Positions 10,095 to 19,257 of a stretch of DNA of 64,000 nucleotides are shown here, one piece after another. Both the position numbers and the translations under genes were made by a program. The DNA is from an uncultured cyanobacterium (lineage in GTDB: Bacteria; Cyanobacteriota; Cyanobacteriia; PCC-9006; JAAUQQ01), in the NCBI GenBank assembly GCA_963718615.1, contig OY970368.1, positions 5,088,001-5,152,000 of the forward strand, written 5' to 3'. Position 1 is the stretch's first letter. Each line of letters opens with the position of its first letter. A model generated the notes under the pieces. That model saw only the letters and a program-made list of their open reading frames with translations, had not been told where the DNA came from and searched no databases.

Positions 10095-10313
10095 TTAACC
10101 TTCGCCGCCTTCGCCACCTTCTTCGGCAGGAGTTACTGTAGGGCTAGCCGCATCGGAAGGAGTCGCGGCGGGGTTAGCTTCCGGCGTCATGGTTTCGGTT
10201 GCGGCGGGGGCATCCGTCGCCGGGGTTTCAGTCGTGGGACTACTACAAGCCACCATGGAAGAGGCTAGACCCAGGGCCAAAAATAGTTCAACGGGCTTCA
10301 GTTTCATAATCAT
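10095..10313 (-). CDS. Small lipoprotein with PAT-rich linker and C-terminal EEGGEGGEG
   Basis: Signal peptide with lipobox (MVAC), low-complexity linker and acidic Gly tail; lies downstream of futA on the same strand. Confidence 0.7.
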   Translation of the reverse strand: MIMKLKPVELFLALGLASSMVACSSPTTETPATDAPAATETMTPEANPAATPSDAASPTVTPAEEGGEGGEG

Positions 10314-10431
10314 TCACTCCTCAATGTGGGTTTCTGACACAGACGCAGAAACATAGTTTTCCAATATAGGTCAATTTGTCAAAATCGTTTCTTTCCCAAG
10401 ATGGATTTTTCTGTTAATTCCGTGATTTGGC

Positions 10432-11523
10432 CTATTTCCAGCCGACCCGATCCATGAGGGCGATCGCCTCCGGATTATTCTTGCCATAAACCGAAACATT
10501 AACACTGGCGGGCTGGTAGTCCCCAAAGGCTTTCAGCACCGGATCGAGGGCAATCCCTTTCACAACGGGATATTCATTGTTACCCTCGGCAAAAAACTTT
10601 TGGGCTTCAGGGCTGGCTAAATAGTCCAAAAATTTAACGGCATTGTCCTTGTGGGGTGATTTTGCCAAGACCCCGGCTCCGCTGATATTGACATGGGTAT
10701 CCGTGGGAAAAAAGGCCGCAACTTTCGCCGTAACGGCCTTGTCCTGGGGGTCCTCAGACTTCATCAAGCGGGCCAGATAATAGTGATTCACTAAGGCCAC
10801 ATCGCAGCTACCTCCTGCAACGGCTCGAATCTGATCCACATCGCCCCCTTCCGGTTGCCGCGCAAAATTATTGACTAGTCCTTGAGCCCAAGTTTCCGTA
10901 GCAGCGGCACCCTCCTTTTCGATTAAGGCTGCGACCAAAGACTGATTGTAAATATTGCTAGAACTGCGAATGCAGAGCCGTCCTTTCCATTTCGGATCCG
11001 CCAGGTCTTCGTAGGTCGAAAGCTCCTGAGGCTGAACTTCAGCTGGGTTGTAGACCATAATTCGAGCGCGCTCTGAAAATCCATACCACAGTCCATCGGG
11101 ATGACGCAGATTTGCAGGAATCGCAGCTTCTAGGGTCGGCGATTGGACGGATTGCAACAGCCCTTCCTGTTCGGCGCGCCAGATCCGACCGGCATCGACG
11201 GTGATGAAGACATCCGCAGGACTGCGATCGCCCTCACTCTTGAGTCGCTCTAGCAATTCACTGTCTTTCCCTTCAATGATATTGACTTGAATTCCTGTTT
11301 TCTGTTTGAAGCCGTCATAGAGCGCATTGTCAGTGTTGTAGTGACGGGCTGAGTAGATGTTGACCACCGCATTGCCTTGAGCCTGATCCTGGCTACCTTG
11401 AGCGCCTGAAACGATCTGCTCCGTTGGCGTCACTGTACAACCCGTCAGCAGTGCCAGCACTGCAACGATGCCCCAGGACCGGCGAACTCCCCGACGGGGT
11501 GTGCGATCGCTTGCGATATTCAT
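10432..11523 (-). CDS. futA: Fe(III) ABC transporter substrate-binding protein FutA/IdiA
   Basis: VNIYSARHY, SPADVFITVDAGR, RSSSNIYNQSL, NHYY, HVNISG and NNEYPV; lipobox LTGC. Confidence 0.92.
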   Translation of the reverse strand: MNIASDRTPRRGVRRSWGIVAVLALLTGCTVTPTEQIVSGAQGSQDQAQGNAVVNIYSARHYNTDNALYDGFKQKTGIQVNIIEGKDSELLERLKSEGDRSPADVFITVDAGRIWRAEQEGLLQSVQSPTLEAAIPANLRHPDGLWYGFSERARIMVYNPAEVQPQELSTYEDLADPKWKGRLCIRSSSNIYNQSLVAALIEKEGAAATETWAQGLVNNFARQPEGGDVDQIRAVAGGSCDVALVNHYYLARLMKSEDPQDKAVTAKVAAFFPTDTHVNISGAGVLAKSPHKDNAVKFLDYLASPEAQKFFAEGNNEYPVVKGIALDPVLKAFGDYQPASVNVSVYGKNNPEAIALMDRVGWK

Positions 11524-11542
11524 GGAATTTTCTAAAATACTT

Positions 11543-11561
11543 ATTGAGATTAATTACTATT
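11543..11561. promoter_or_regulatory. Putative Fur box upstream of futA
   Basis: ATTGAGATTAATTACTATT is an AT-rich imperfect palindrome resembling the cyanobacterial Fur consensus ATTGAGAATNATTCTCAAT; futA/idiA is an established iron-regulated gene. Confidence 0.5.
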
Positions 11562-11609
11562 TAACATAATTTAGAGCAAAATTTGGAGCAAATCGTAATC
11601 CTGACTCCC

Positions 11610-12560
11610 CTAGCGGAACAGCAAGGCAATCCCCAGCAGCGAAGCGGCAACGCCCAAAAGCGCTCGGGCCGAGAGAGCCTCGCCTTGCCAAACCGCAAGG
11701 GGCAAAATAAAGAGCTGACTGGTGCTGCTCAGGGCCTGGGAAATCCCCGTTGGGGCATATTTGAGAGAGATTTGCTGGAGCCAGATGCCGAGGAAAGTAC
11801 CGAAGAGCGCGGCGATCGCCACCCCACCCAGCAGCCTCGGCTGCCTGACCCCCTGCCATACCGGTTGCAGCCGTTCCGCCCAGGACCCCAACCGCTGTCC
11901 CCCCTTTCCCCAGGACCCTACCCCCAACCACAACAGCAGGACCAGCGTCCCCGCCCCAATCCGGATCAGGGCACTCCAGAGCGGATCGATTGTCGTCTCG
12001 GCAAGGGCAGCACGGGACATCACGGCCCCACTCGCCTGTCCCACCACCGCCAGTAGGCCATAACCAATACCGGGCCCTAAATTCTGGGGACTGATGACAC
12101 CACTGCCCACCGGCAACCGCTCGCTCACGGCCCAAGTCACGCCCCCGACAGTGAGCAAAATTCCAGCGAGATCAAGCCCGCTCAAAATTTCCTGTAAGAA
12201 CCCTAGGGCCAGCAGGGCCGAAAGCGGGGGAGCGAGGGATTCGATTAGCAGTGCCCGTCGAGGGCCAATGAGGAGGAGCGATCGAAAGAAAAACGTGTCC
12301 CCCAGGCCAATGCCGATGATGCCGCTGAGAGCAAGGCCGATGAGGGGTGGGGGAGTGATGGGGTGGGGAAAGGGACGCTCAAGCAGTAAAAGCGTGAGGC
12401 AGAGAAAGGCGATCGCCACCAACCCCTTGAGGAGATTGAGGATCAGCGGTGCAATCCGAGTGCCGACACGGGCGTAGATCATGGAGGCGATCGCCCAAAA
12501 CAACGCAGCCGTCAGCGCCGCCAACTCCCCCCGCAAGCCTGAAACCATAGACACTCCCAT
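11610..12560 (-). CDS. DMT/EamA family transporter
   Basis: About 10 TM helices in two EamA-like halves (GELAALTAALFWA, GIGLGDTFFF, LSSTSQLF). Confidence 0.85.
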   Translation of the reverse strand: MGVSMVSGLRGELAALTAALFWAIASMIYARVGTRIAPLILNLLKGLVAIAFLCLTLLLLERPFPHPITPPPLIGLALSGIIGIGLGDTFFFRSLLLIGPRRALLIESLAPPLSALLALGFLQEILSGLDLAGILLTVGGVTWAVSERLPVGSGVISPQNLGPGIGYGLLAVVGQASGAVMSRAALAETTIDPLWSALIRIGAGTLVLLLWLGVGSWGKGGQRLGSWAERLQPVWQGVRQPRLLGGVAIAALFGTFLGIWLQQISLKYAPTGISQALSSTSQLFILPLAVWQGEALSARALLGVAASLLGIALLFR

Positions 12561-12569
12561 CTCACCAGC

Positions 12570-12622
12570 CCCGATTTTCCATCACCCGATTTCCCATTAC
12601 CCGATTTCCCATCACCCATCAC
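12570..12622 (+). repeat. Imperfect 15-bp tandem repeat CCCGATTTCCCATCA x3
   Basis: Read directly in the divergent intergenic region. Confidence 0.7.
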
Positions 12623-12694
12623 CCCACCGCACTCCAGTATGATGGACAGAAACGAAACCCTTATAAACCTCTATTCAAGACAGGACCGCTGACC

Positions 12695-13285
12695 ATGGAT
12701 GCAATGGAGTTTTTTCGTCGCAGTGCAGGCCAATGGCAATCGCAGCGCACGACCCACCATTTGCCCTTTCGCCGGGCGGAAAGCGGCTCTTCTTCGATTT
12801 TAGTCAAGGCCCTGGAGCCCCAGGATCCTCGGGTGATTGAAATTTGCCAGATGCACGAATTTGACCCGTCTCGGGCGATCGGCGGGGCCTATGTCACTTG
12901 GAACGGCTCCATGGAGTGGGATAAGGACACCGAAGACCATGAGGGCAGCACGGTGTTTGCGCTGGTTCCCGATGAGGGCAATCCCCGCGAGGGCAGCCTG
13001 CTGCGGGAGCGCGGCTACGCAGAGATTGCACCGGTCGTGGGCCGTTATCTGTTGGACGATGAAGATGGCCTAGTCCTGACGACGGAATACGAAACCATGA
13101 GCTCGGTCGAGCGGTTCTGGTTTATGGGACCCAATTTACGGTTGCGCAGCAGCACGGTGAAGCGGTTTGGGGGGCTGAGTACGTCCTCGTTCTGTGCAGA
13201 AACCCGCGTGGCCGAAGCGAATTCATCGGAGCGTACCGAGAAATCCTGGGAGGAAACAGCACTATATTCCAGCTTGGGCTGGTAA
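12695..13285 (+). CDS. cpcS: Phycobiliprotein lyase, CpcS/CpeS family
   Basis: MDAMEFFRRSAGQWQSQRTTHHL, LLRERGYAE and ERFWF..PNLRLRSS. Confidence 0.9.
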   Translation: MDAMEFFRRSAGQWQSQRTTHHLPFRRAESGSSSILVKALEPQDPRVIEICQMHEFDPSRAIGGAYVTWNGSMEWDKDTEDHEGSTVFALVPDEGNPREGSLLRERGYAEIAPVVGRYLLDDEDGLVLTTEYETMSSVERFWFMGPNLRLRSSTVKRFGGLSTSSFCAETRVAEANSSERTEKSWEETALYSSLGW

Positions 13286-13341
13286 AGGAAAAAACCTGGA
13301 CATTGCTGAATCAAGGGATGCAGTTTTCTGCCCAGATGGTC

Positions 13342-14130
13342 CTAAATCAATTCGTTGGGATCAACGCCCAATTCCCGCAGCCGAGCCATGAGCTTGGCCT
13401 TGGACAATCGTTCTTGAGCAAGCTGCTCTTGTACCTGAGCAGCTTGTTCTTGTGCCTGAGCGGCTTGGGCTTCTGCCAGTTCTGCTCGGGCGGCTTCGGC
13501 CTCTTCCGGGGAAAAAACCAAATCCCCCGTGGCGGTAAAAAACCTTAACTGGTTGCTATGGATGCCCAAAAATAATTGCAGTTGAGCACTCCACAACCAG
13601 CCCTCTGGGTTGGGTTCAAGGGGGCGATAGACACCGTTAACCAGGCTAAAGCCTTGGAGCTCTAGGGTTTCAGGATGGCACCAGAAGTAGTCCATCACCC
13701 GCCAAGTGTCCTGGTAGAGTGCTTTCTTGGTCGTGCGATCGACCTTTGCCGTTGAGTCAGAGAGCAATTCGATGACGACATGGGGATATTTACCCGCCTC
13801 TCGCCAGACCATCCAGCTTTTGCGATCGCGCTTCTCCGTTCCCAAAACCACATAAAAGTCCGGTCCGCGAAAATTTCGGGTGGTTCGTTGCTCGGGGTCA
13901 TAGAAAACCGTCGTGTTGCCCGAAGCATAGAAATCTTGCCGATCGCGCCAGTGATACTCCAGCAGGCGAATCAGCAAGTCAATTTGTCGGCGGTGAAAAT
14001 CAGATTCCAAGGGGGGTTCGTCACTTTCCCATTCTTCAGAGAGCCAGTCTGCATGGAGCGCTTCCCAATCTTCTAGGGAGCCATAAAAGTCTGGCGGTGG
14101 TGAGGGGACTGGCAGGCGAGCTTGGACCAT
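13342..14130 (-). CDS. Uma2/DUF820 family endonuclease-like protein
   Basis: SDEPPLESDFHRRQI, FRGPDFYVV, PHVVIELLSDST and a coiled-coil tail ending LRELGVDP. Confidence 0.88.
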   Translation of the reverse strand: MVQARLPVPSPPPDFYGSLEDWEALHADWLSEEWESDEPPLESDFHRRQIDLLIRLLEYHWRDRQDFYASGNTTVFYDPEQRTTRNFRGPDFYVVLGTEKRDRKSWMVWREAGKYPHVVIELLSDSTAKVDRTTKKALYQDTWRVMDYFWCHPETLELQGFSLVNGVYRPLEPNPEGWLWSAQLQLFLGIHSNQLRFFTATGDLVFSPEEAEAARAELAEAQAAQAQEQAAQVQEQLAQERLSKAKLMARLRELGVDPNELI

Positions 14131-14193
14131 AAACTGAACCAGCGCTTTCTTTGATCATACCGAATTCGGAGCTTGAGAAATTCAGGCCAAGGG

Positions 14194-15354
14194 TCAGGCC
14201 AAGGGTAATGAGAACCGAAATTCGCTGCCGATGCCGAGCTGGCTGTTCGCCTGGATTTCTCCCCCTTGGAGCTCGACCAGACGGCGGGCGATCGCCAACC
14301 CAATCCCCGAACCACTCCCATCCCGCTGTCGGGCCTTATCCGCTCGCCAAAAGCGCTCAAAAATCCGAGGCAAATCCTCCGGGGCAATGCCCTGTCCCGT
14401 ATCCACCACCGCAATCCAGAGGCGGGCAGGTTGGGTCAACTGAGGGTCTACCCAGGCTCTGACGGTGATTGAGCCCTTTTCGGTGTAGCGGATGGCGTTG
14501 CCCAGGAGATTCACCAAAATTTGTTCGATGCGGGCGCGATCGCCCCGCACCTCCGGCAGTTCAGGCTCCAGCGCCAGACCCAGCACCGGGCCATCTTCCC
14601 AAATTTGGTCCGCGAAGCGAGCCACCAGGTTTTTGAGCAGAGGGGCGATCGCCAGGACTTCAGACTGAATCGGCAAATACCCCGCCTCCGCCTTCGAGAG
14701 AGTCTGAAAATCTTCCACCAAGCGCTGAAGTCGCCGCGTTTCCTGGGTTAACCGTCCAAAGACCTCCGGCGAAGACTCTAGGGTCCCGTCCTGCATCCCT
14801 TCCAGATACCCCATCAGCACCGTGAGCGGGGTACGCAGTTCGTGGGTCAAATCGCCAACCAATTCCCGACGGCGCTGTTCAACGTTTTCAAGCCCCATGG
14901 CCATCTGGTTAAAACTCAGCGCCAACTGATTGAGTTCTTCGATTTCGCTCCCTGGTAGCCGCGCATTCAGTTCCCCCTCCGCAAACCGCTGGGTAATTTG
15001 CTGCATCCGCTTCAGGGGCTGCGTGATTCGCCGCGCCAGCCAGTAGCTCAGTCCGCCGGCCACGCCGCCCCCCAATAGCACCGACCACTTCGCCCCTTGA
15101 CTCCAAGCTTTTTCAAACCCTTCGACCAATTGATAACGCAGCTGAGCCACCCGAATTCCCCGTCCCTCCAACTGTCGCAATTGCCAGACAAAGAGTTGGG
15201 GCGTGTAAATCCGGCCTACGCCAATCAGTACCGCAATTCCCACCACCATCACCACCAAATGGGAAATCAGCAGACTGGTTTGCAGATCCGGTCGGGGCAA
15301 GGGAGAGGGACGTAAGCGTCGCTGATCTGGTCGCTGATCTGGGGGTTGACCCAT
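14194..15354 (-). CDS. Sensor histidine kinase (2 TM, HAMP, HisKA, HATPase)
   Basis: HELRTPL H-box, NLLGNAIRYT N-box, DTGQG, FERFWRADK and GSGIGL. Confidence 0.92.
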   Translation of the reverse strand: MGQPPDQRPDQRRLRPSPLPRPDLQTSLLISHLVVMVVGIAVLIGVGRIYTPQLFVWQLRQLEGRGIRVAQLRYQLVEGFEKAWSQGAKWSVLLGGGVAGGLSYWLARRITQPLKRMQQITQRFAEGELNARLPGSEIEELNQLALSFNQMAMGLENVEQRRRELVGDLTHELRTPLTVLMGYLEGMQDGTLESSPEVFGRLTQETRRLQRLVEDFQTLSKAEAGYLPIQSEVLAIAPLLKNLVARFADQIWEDGPVLGLALEPELPEVRGDRARIEQILVNLLGNAIRYTEKGSITVRAWVDPQLTQPARLWIAVVDTGQGIAPEDLPRIFERFWRADKARQRDGSGSGIGLAIARRLVELQGGEIQANSQLGIGSEFRFSLPLA

Positions 15355-15366
15355 GCAAATAGCCTC

Positions 15367-16095
15367 TTAAAGGACCTCGTCTTCAAACTTGTAGCCCACA
15401 CCAATGACCGTTTTCACAAAGCTAGGCTTCCCTGGATCCGGCTCGATCTTCTTGCGCAGTCGGGCAATATGCGTATCCACAACCCGCTCATCGCCATAAA
15501 AATCCCCCTCCCACAGTTTATCGATGAGCTGACTGCGGCTCCAAACCCGTCCGGGGTAGCTCAAAAACGCGCTGAGCAGCTTGAATTCCAGCGTCGTCAG
15601 ATCCAATTCCTCTGATTCTGCCCCTGGGCCATGGCCCTCATCTAGCATCCGATAGGCTTTGTGCTGCTCCAGGTCCACCAGGAAATGGACAGTGCGATGG
15701 GTGAGGGTGGCGGTGGGTGCGATTTGGCGGAGCGATCGCCTCAACAACGCCCGCACCCGCGCCACCAACTCCTTTGGGCTAAAGGGTTTGACTAAATAAT
15801 CATCCGCCCCGGTCGAAAGCCCAATAATCCGATCGACCTCCTCTCCCTTGGCGGTCAGCATCAAAATATAGGGATCCTTCGGCCCCGGCTGTTGCCGTAC
15901 CCTTGCACAGACTTCCAGCCCATCTAACCCCGGCAGCATCAAATCCAGAATGATCAGGTCTGGGGGTTGCGATCGCACTTCCTCCAGCGCCGTCAATCCA
16001 TCCCGACACCAGCGGCAGCCAAACCCCTCTCGCTCCAGCAGCAGGTTCAGCAATTGCCCAATCTCAAAATCATCTTCCACGATCAAAATATCCAT
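15367..16095 (-). CDS. OmpR-family response regulator
   Basis: MDILIVEDD, LDLMLP, MLTAKG, KPF and wHTH VDTHIARLRKK..TVIGVGY; start set at the ATG at 16095. Confidence 0.92.
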   Translation of the reverse strand: MDILIVEDDFEIGQLLNLLLEREGFGCRWCRDGLTALEEVRSQPPDLIILDLMLPGLDGLEVCARVRQQPGPKDPYILMLTAKGEEVDRIIGLSTGADDYLVKPFSPKELVARVRALLRRSLRQIAPTATLTHRTVHFLVDLEQHKAYRMLDEGHGPGAESEELDLTTLEFKLLSAFLSYPGRVWSRSQLIDKLWEGDFYGDERVVDTHIARLRKKIEPDPGKPSFVKTVIGVGYKFEDEVL

Positions 16096-16146
16096 GATTT
16101 CCCCTTTGCCTTTCCTCCTGATTTCCGAAAACTCGTTTCTGAGAAA

Positions 16147-16164
16147 AACGTAAAGTTTTGCAAA
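16147..16164 (-). promoter_or_regulatory. HLR1-like (RpaB) direct repeat upstream of cpcG
   Basis: Minus strand reads TTTGCAAA-AC-TTTACGTT, one mismatch per half against KTTACAWW-NN-KTTACAWW. Confidence 0.4.
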
Positions 16165-16275
16165 GTTAAACTCTGTAATGTTTTGCCACAACCTGCCGTG
16201 ATGCGTCCCTCATCGCTTTATGATCAGCCAGAGTCTTCGTTTTTTAAGATTTCGTTAGGTTAGGGAGACACTAAC

Positions 16276-17031
16276 GTGGCCATTCCTTTATTAAATTACG
16301 CACCCACTACGCAAAATGCGCGGGTGGCCGGATATGAAATTCCAGGTGATGAACAGCCCAAAATTTATTCCGCCGAGAACTTGCTTTCTCCTGGCGAAAT
16401 GGGCGAACTGATCGAAGCTGCCTATCGTCAGTTCTTTTTCCACGCTTTTAAATGCGATCGCGAACCCTATCTAGAGTCTCAACTACGCAACGGTCAAATC
16501 ACCGTGCGTGACTTTGTGCGGGGTTTGGTGCTGTCGGATAAATACCGCCGCAGCTTCTACGATCTCAATAGCAATTATCGCTTTGTAGAGCAGACAGTCC
16601 AGCGCGTGCTGGGCCGCCCGACCTACAGCGAGAAGGAAAAAATTGCTTGGTCGATCGTGGTCGTCAACACAGGCATTGAGGGCTTCATTGATGCCCTGCT
16701 GGAAAGCGAGGAATACCTCGAAAATTTTGGCTACGACACCCTACCCTACCAGCGTCGCCGGGTCCTGCCCGGTCGTCGGGAAGGTGAGCGTCCTACCAAC
16801 ATCACGATGCCCCGCTACGACGAGTACTACCGCACCATCTTGGGCTTCCCCAAAATGGTTATGTCGGGTCCGATTCGTCGCTTCAGCGGCAGTCAGAAGC
16901 CTCTGGGTTCAGGCAGCCCCAGCTACTTCTTGGATATGGCTCGCGGCGTCACCGTGGGTCCCCAAATGGCATCCATGCCCAACATCAAGAATATGGACTT
17001 CAAGAGCAAAGTTCCCTATCGCCGGGTCTAG
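16276..17031 (+). CDS. cpcG: Phycobilisome rod-core linker CpcG
   Basis: MAIPLLNYAPTTQNARVAGYE, LESQLRNGQITVRDF and PYQRRR; hydrophilic C-terminus, so not CpcL. Confidence 0.92.
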   Translation: MAIPLLNYAPTTQNARVAGYEIPGDEQPKIYSAENLLSPGEMGELIEAAYRQFFFHAFKCDREPYLESQLRNGQITVRDFVRGLVLSDKYRRSFYDLNSNYRFVEQTVQRVLGRPTYSEKEKIAWSIVVVNTGIEGFIDALLESEEYLENFGYDTLPYQRRRVLPGRREGERPTNITMPRYDEYYRTILGFPKMVMSGPIRRFSGSQKPLGSGSPSYFLDMARGVTVGPQMASMPNIKNMDFKSKVPYRRV

Positions 17032-17114
17032 TGCTAGTTCATCCATAACATTTACCCTTTCTGAGAGGCTGTCATTATCCGTGAACGGCCTCTCATAAAA
17101 GTTCAATAAATCTC

Positions 17115-17148
17115 AAGGGGCACGTCCTGACCAAGGCGTGTCCTTTTT
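17115..17148 (+). terminator. Rho-independent terminator after cpcG
   Basis: GGGCACGTC/GGCGTGTCC stem followed by TTTTT. Confidence 0.65.
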
Positions 17149-17232
17149 GTTAGCTTAGGCATACATTTTGGCCTGAGCCTGTCAGATTGACGCCCGATTG
17201 AGCCCCAGGCCGAGTTGACCCCAGGAAAGACT

Positions 17233-17520
17233 ATGGATAAACCCCTCGAAAAAACCCTAGATCAGACGCCCGACCAAATACCCGACCAAATACCCGACCA
17301 AATACCCGAGCAAACGCCCCAATCCTGGTACATCCTTTCTCAAGAATCGGGAGGCTGCTTGATTGTCACAGCCCAAGACCTGGTGAACTATGGGGGAGAG
17401 GGCAATGAGGACGAAGATGAAATGCCAACCATCACTTGCTGGGGTCCCTTCCCGTCGAAGGAGGAGGCGATCGCAAAACGAGTGGGGCTGATTCGTGCAG
17501 GCAAATGCAAACCCCAATAG
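17233..17520 (+). CDS. Conserved small cyanobacterial hypothetical protein
   Basis: WYI..GGCLI..WGPFPSKEEAIAKRVGLIRAGKCKP; N-terminal PDQI repeats encoded by a 12-bp tandem CCCGACCAAATA. Confidence 0.7.
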   Translation: MDKPLEKTLDQTPDQIPDQIPDQIPEQTPQSWYILSQESGGCLIVTAQDLVNYGGEGNEDEDEMPTITCWGPFPSKEEAIAKRVGLIRAGKCKPQ

Positions 17521-17805
17521 GGGGTCTCATGGGATCTTCCCAAAGAGATAGATATAACGCTTTGGCAACAATTATTTAGCAAAAGTTAGCAGACTCCCAG
17601 AAAAATTGGATTTACGGGGCCGCGAAGACCCGGTAAACTGAGAACGGTTAACAAAAGTAAACAACTAAGCCAAGTTTGCGGAGAAGCATCTCAGGGGTTT
17701 GAATCTCCTTTCTGTTACCTAGGATGCATCGCTCCCTGAGGATCCATGGCTAACTTGACTTAAAATTGCACTTTTGACACTGATCGGTCGTCCTGGCAAA
17801 TCATA

Positions 17806-18762
17806 ATGTCAACTTCCTACGCTTCCTCAGATTTAGTTCGGACTTACCTTCGCGAAATTGGTCGGGTCCCTCTCCTTACCCATGAGCAGGAAATTGTTTA
17901 TGGGAAGCGGGTTCAGCGATTGGCTGCCCTGCAGGAGTCCCGCCGAGGCTTGCTCGAGATTCTTCACCGCGAGCCAACTTGGGCGGAATGGGCCGAGGCC
18001 GTTAAGCTTTCCGAGGCGCAGCTCAAAGAGGCGATCGCCGCTGGAAAAACCGCGAAGCAACGCATGATCGAGGCCAATCTGCGCCTTGTAGTCTCTGTTG
18101 CCAAAAAATATTTGAAACGCAATCTGGATCTGCTCGACCTGATTCAGGAGGGCACCATCGGGATGCAGCGAGGGGTTGAGAAGTTTGACCCGACTAAGGG
18201 ATATCGCTTTTCGACCTATGCCTACTGGTGGATTCGGCAGGCGATTACGCGGGCGATCGCCGAAAAAAGCCGCACCATTCGGCTACCCATCCACATCACC
18301 GAAAAGCTCAACAAGATCAAAAAACAGCAACGGGAGCTTTCCCAACAGTTGGGACGGGCTCCTAGCGTGAGCGAGCTCGCCACTGCAACGGAGCTAACGC
18401 CCAAACAGGTGCGGGATTATCTGGAACAAGCCCGGACCCCCCTCTCCCTCGACCTGCGGGTTGGGGATAATAATGATACCGAGCTCAGTGAGCTGCTAGA
18501 GGACGAAGGGCCTTCACCGGAAGACTTTGCCACCCAGCGCTCGCTCCGCCTAGAGCTCGAAGGCCTAATGTCAGAACTCACCCCCCAGCAGCAGCTCGTC
18601 ATTAAGCTACGATTTGGCCTAGAGGATGGCCAAGGCATGACCCTTGCCAAAATTGGCGAACAGCTCAGCATTAGCCGAGAGCGGGTGCGCCAAATCGAGC
18701 GGGAAGCCCTCAATCGCCTCCGCAAGCGCAAGGGGGATATGGGGGCCTATTTGGCCAGCTAA
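17806..18762 (+). CDS. sigD: Group 2 RNA polymerase sigma factor, SigD type
   Basis: [73 protein letters not shown]; no region 1.1; resembles Synechocystis SigD as recalled. Confidence 0.88.
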   Translation: MSTSYASSDLVRTYLREIGRVPLLTHEQEIVYGKRVQRLAALQESRRGLLEILHREPTWAEWAEAVKLSEAQLKEAIAAGKTAKQRMIEANLRLVVSVAKKYLKRNLDLLDLIQEGTIGMQRGVEKFDPTKGYRFSTYAYWWIRQAITRAIAEKSRTIRLPIHITEKLNKIKKQQRELSQQLGRAPSVSELATATELTPKQVRDYLEQARTPLSLDLRVGDNNDTELSELLEDEGPSPEDFATQRSLRLELEGLMSELTPQQQLVIKLRFGLEDGQGMTLAKIGEQLSISRERVRQIEREALNRLRKRKGDMGAYLAS

Positions 18763-18873
18763 ATAAACCCAACTCTCCGCAGAATCCCCCCCGAAAAGTT
18801 CGGTTCCGCCCACTCCACCCCCGCCCTCTAGGGTTGTTACCTTAAAAGGGCGGGATTTATTGAGGTAGACGCA

Positions 18874-19254
18874 GTGAACGACGAACGTCAAATTCAATCC
18901 GGCTTCTTAGGCGGTGGCTCCAACCAGGGCAGCAACCAGCTCTTGCAGTATATTCAAAACCTGCATCCTGATACGGTGGGCAAACTGTCTCGACCGGATA
19001 CCCATGAAGTGCTTCATCTGATGGAGCAAAATATTACGGGCCTTCTGGGACATATTCCCCAGGGCGCGTTTAATGTTGAAATTACAACCGATCGCGAAAA
19101 CCTAGGTCGTCTGTTGGCCTCAGCGATGATGGGGGGCTACTTTCTGCGCAACGCGGAACAGCGGTTTGCCTTTGAAAAAACCCTGTTAGGCGCAACCCTA
19201 CCGGATCCGGGACCTTCGGCGGAGCCCTCGAACGAAACCGATACCCTGGCCTAA
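18874..19254 (+). CDS. DUF760 family protein
   Basis: NQLLQYIQ..GLLGHIP..FNVEITTDRENLGRLLASAMMGGYFLRNAEQR. Confidence 0.85.
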   Translation: MNDERQIQSGFLGGGSNQGSNQLLQYIQNLHPDTVGKLSRPDTHEVLHLMEQNITGLLGHIPQGAFNVEITTDRENLGRLLASAMMGGYFLRNAEQRFAFEKTLLGATLPDPGPSAEPSNETDTLA

Positions 19255-19257
19255 CCG

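Noticed and set aside
14194-16095. Naming the two-component pair (e.g. CopRS)
   Set aside because: The sensor loop is short and lacks a His-rich region; the orthologue cannot be assigned without a search.
17233-17520. Possible transposase remnant
   Set aside because: No DDE motif, terminal inverted repeats or target duplication; looks like a conserved small protein.
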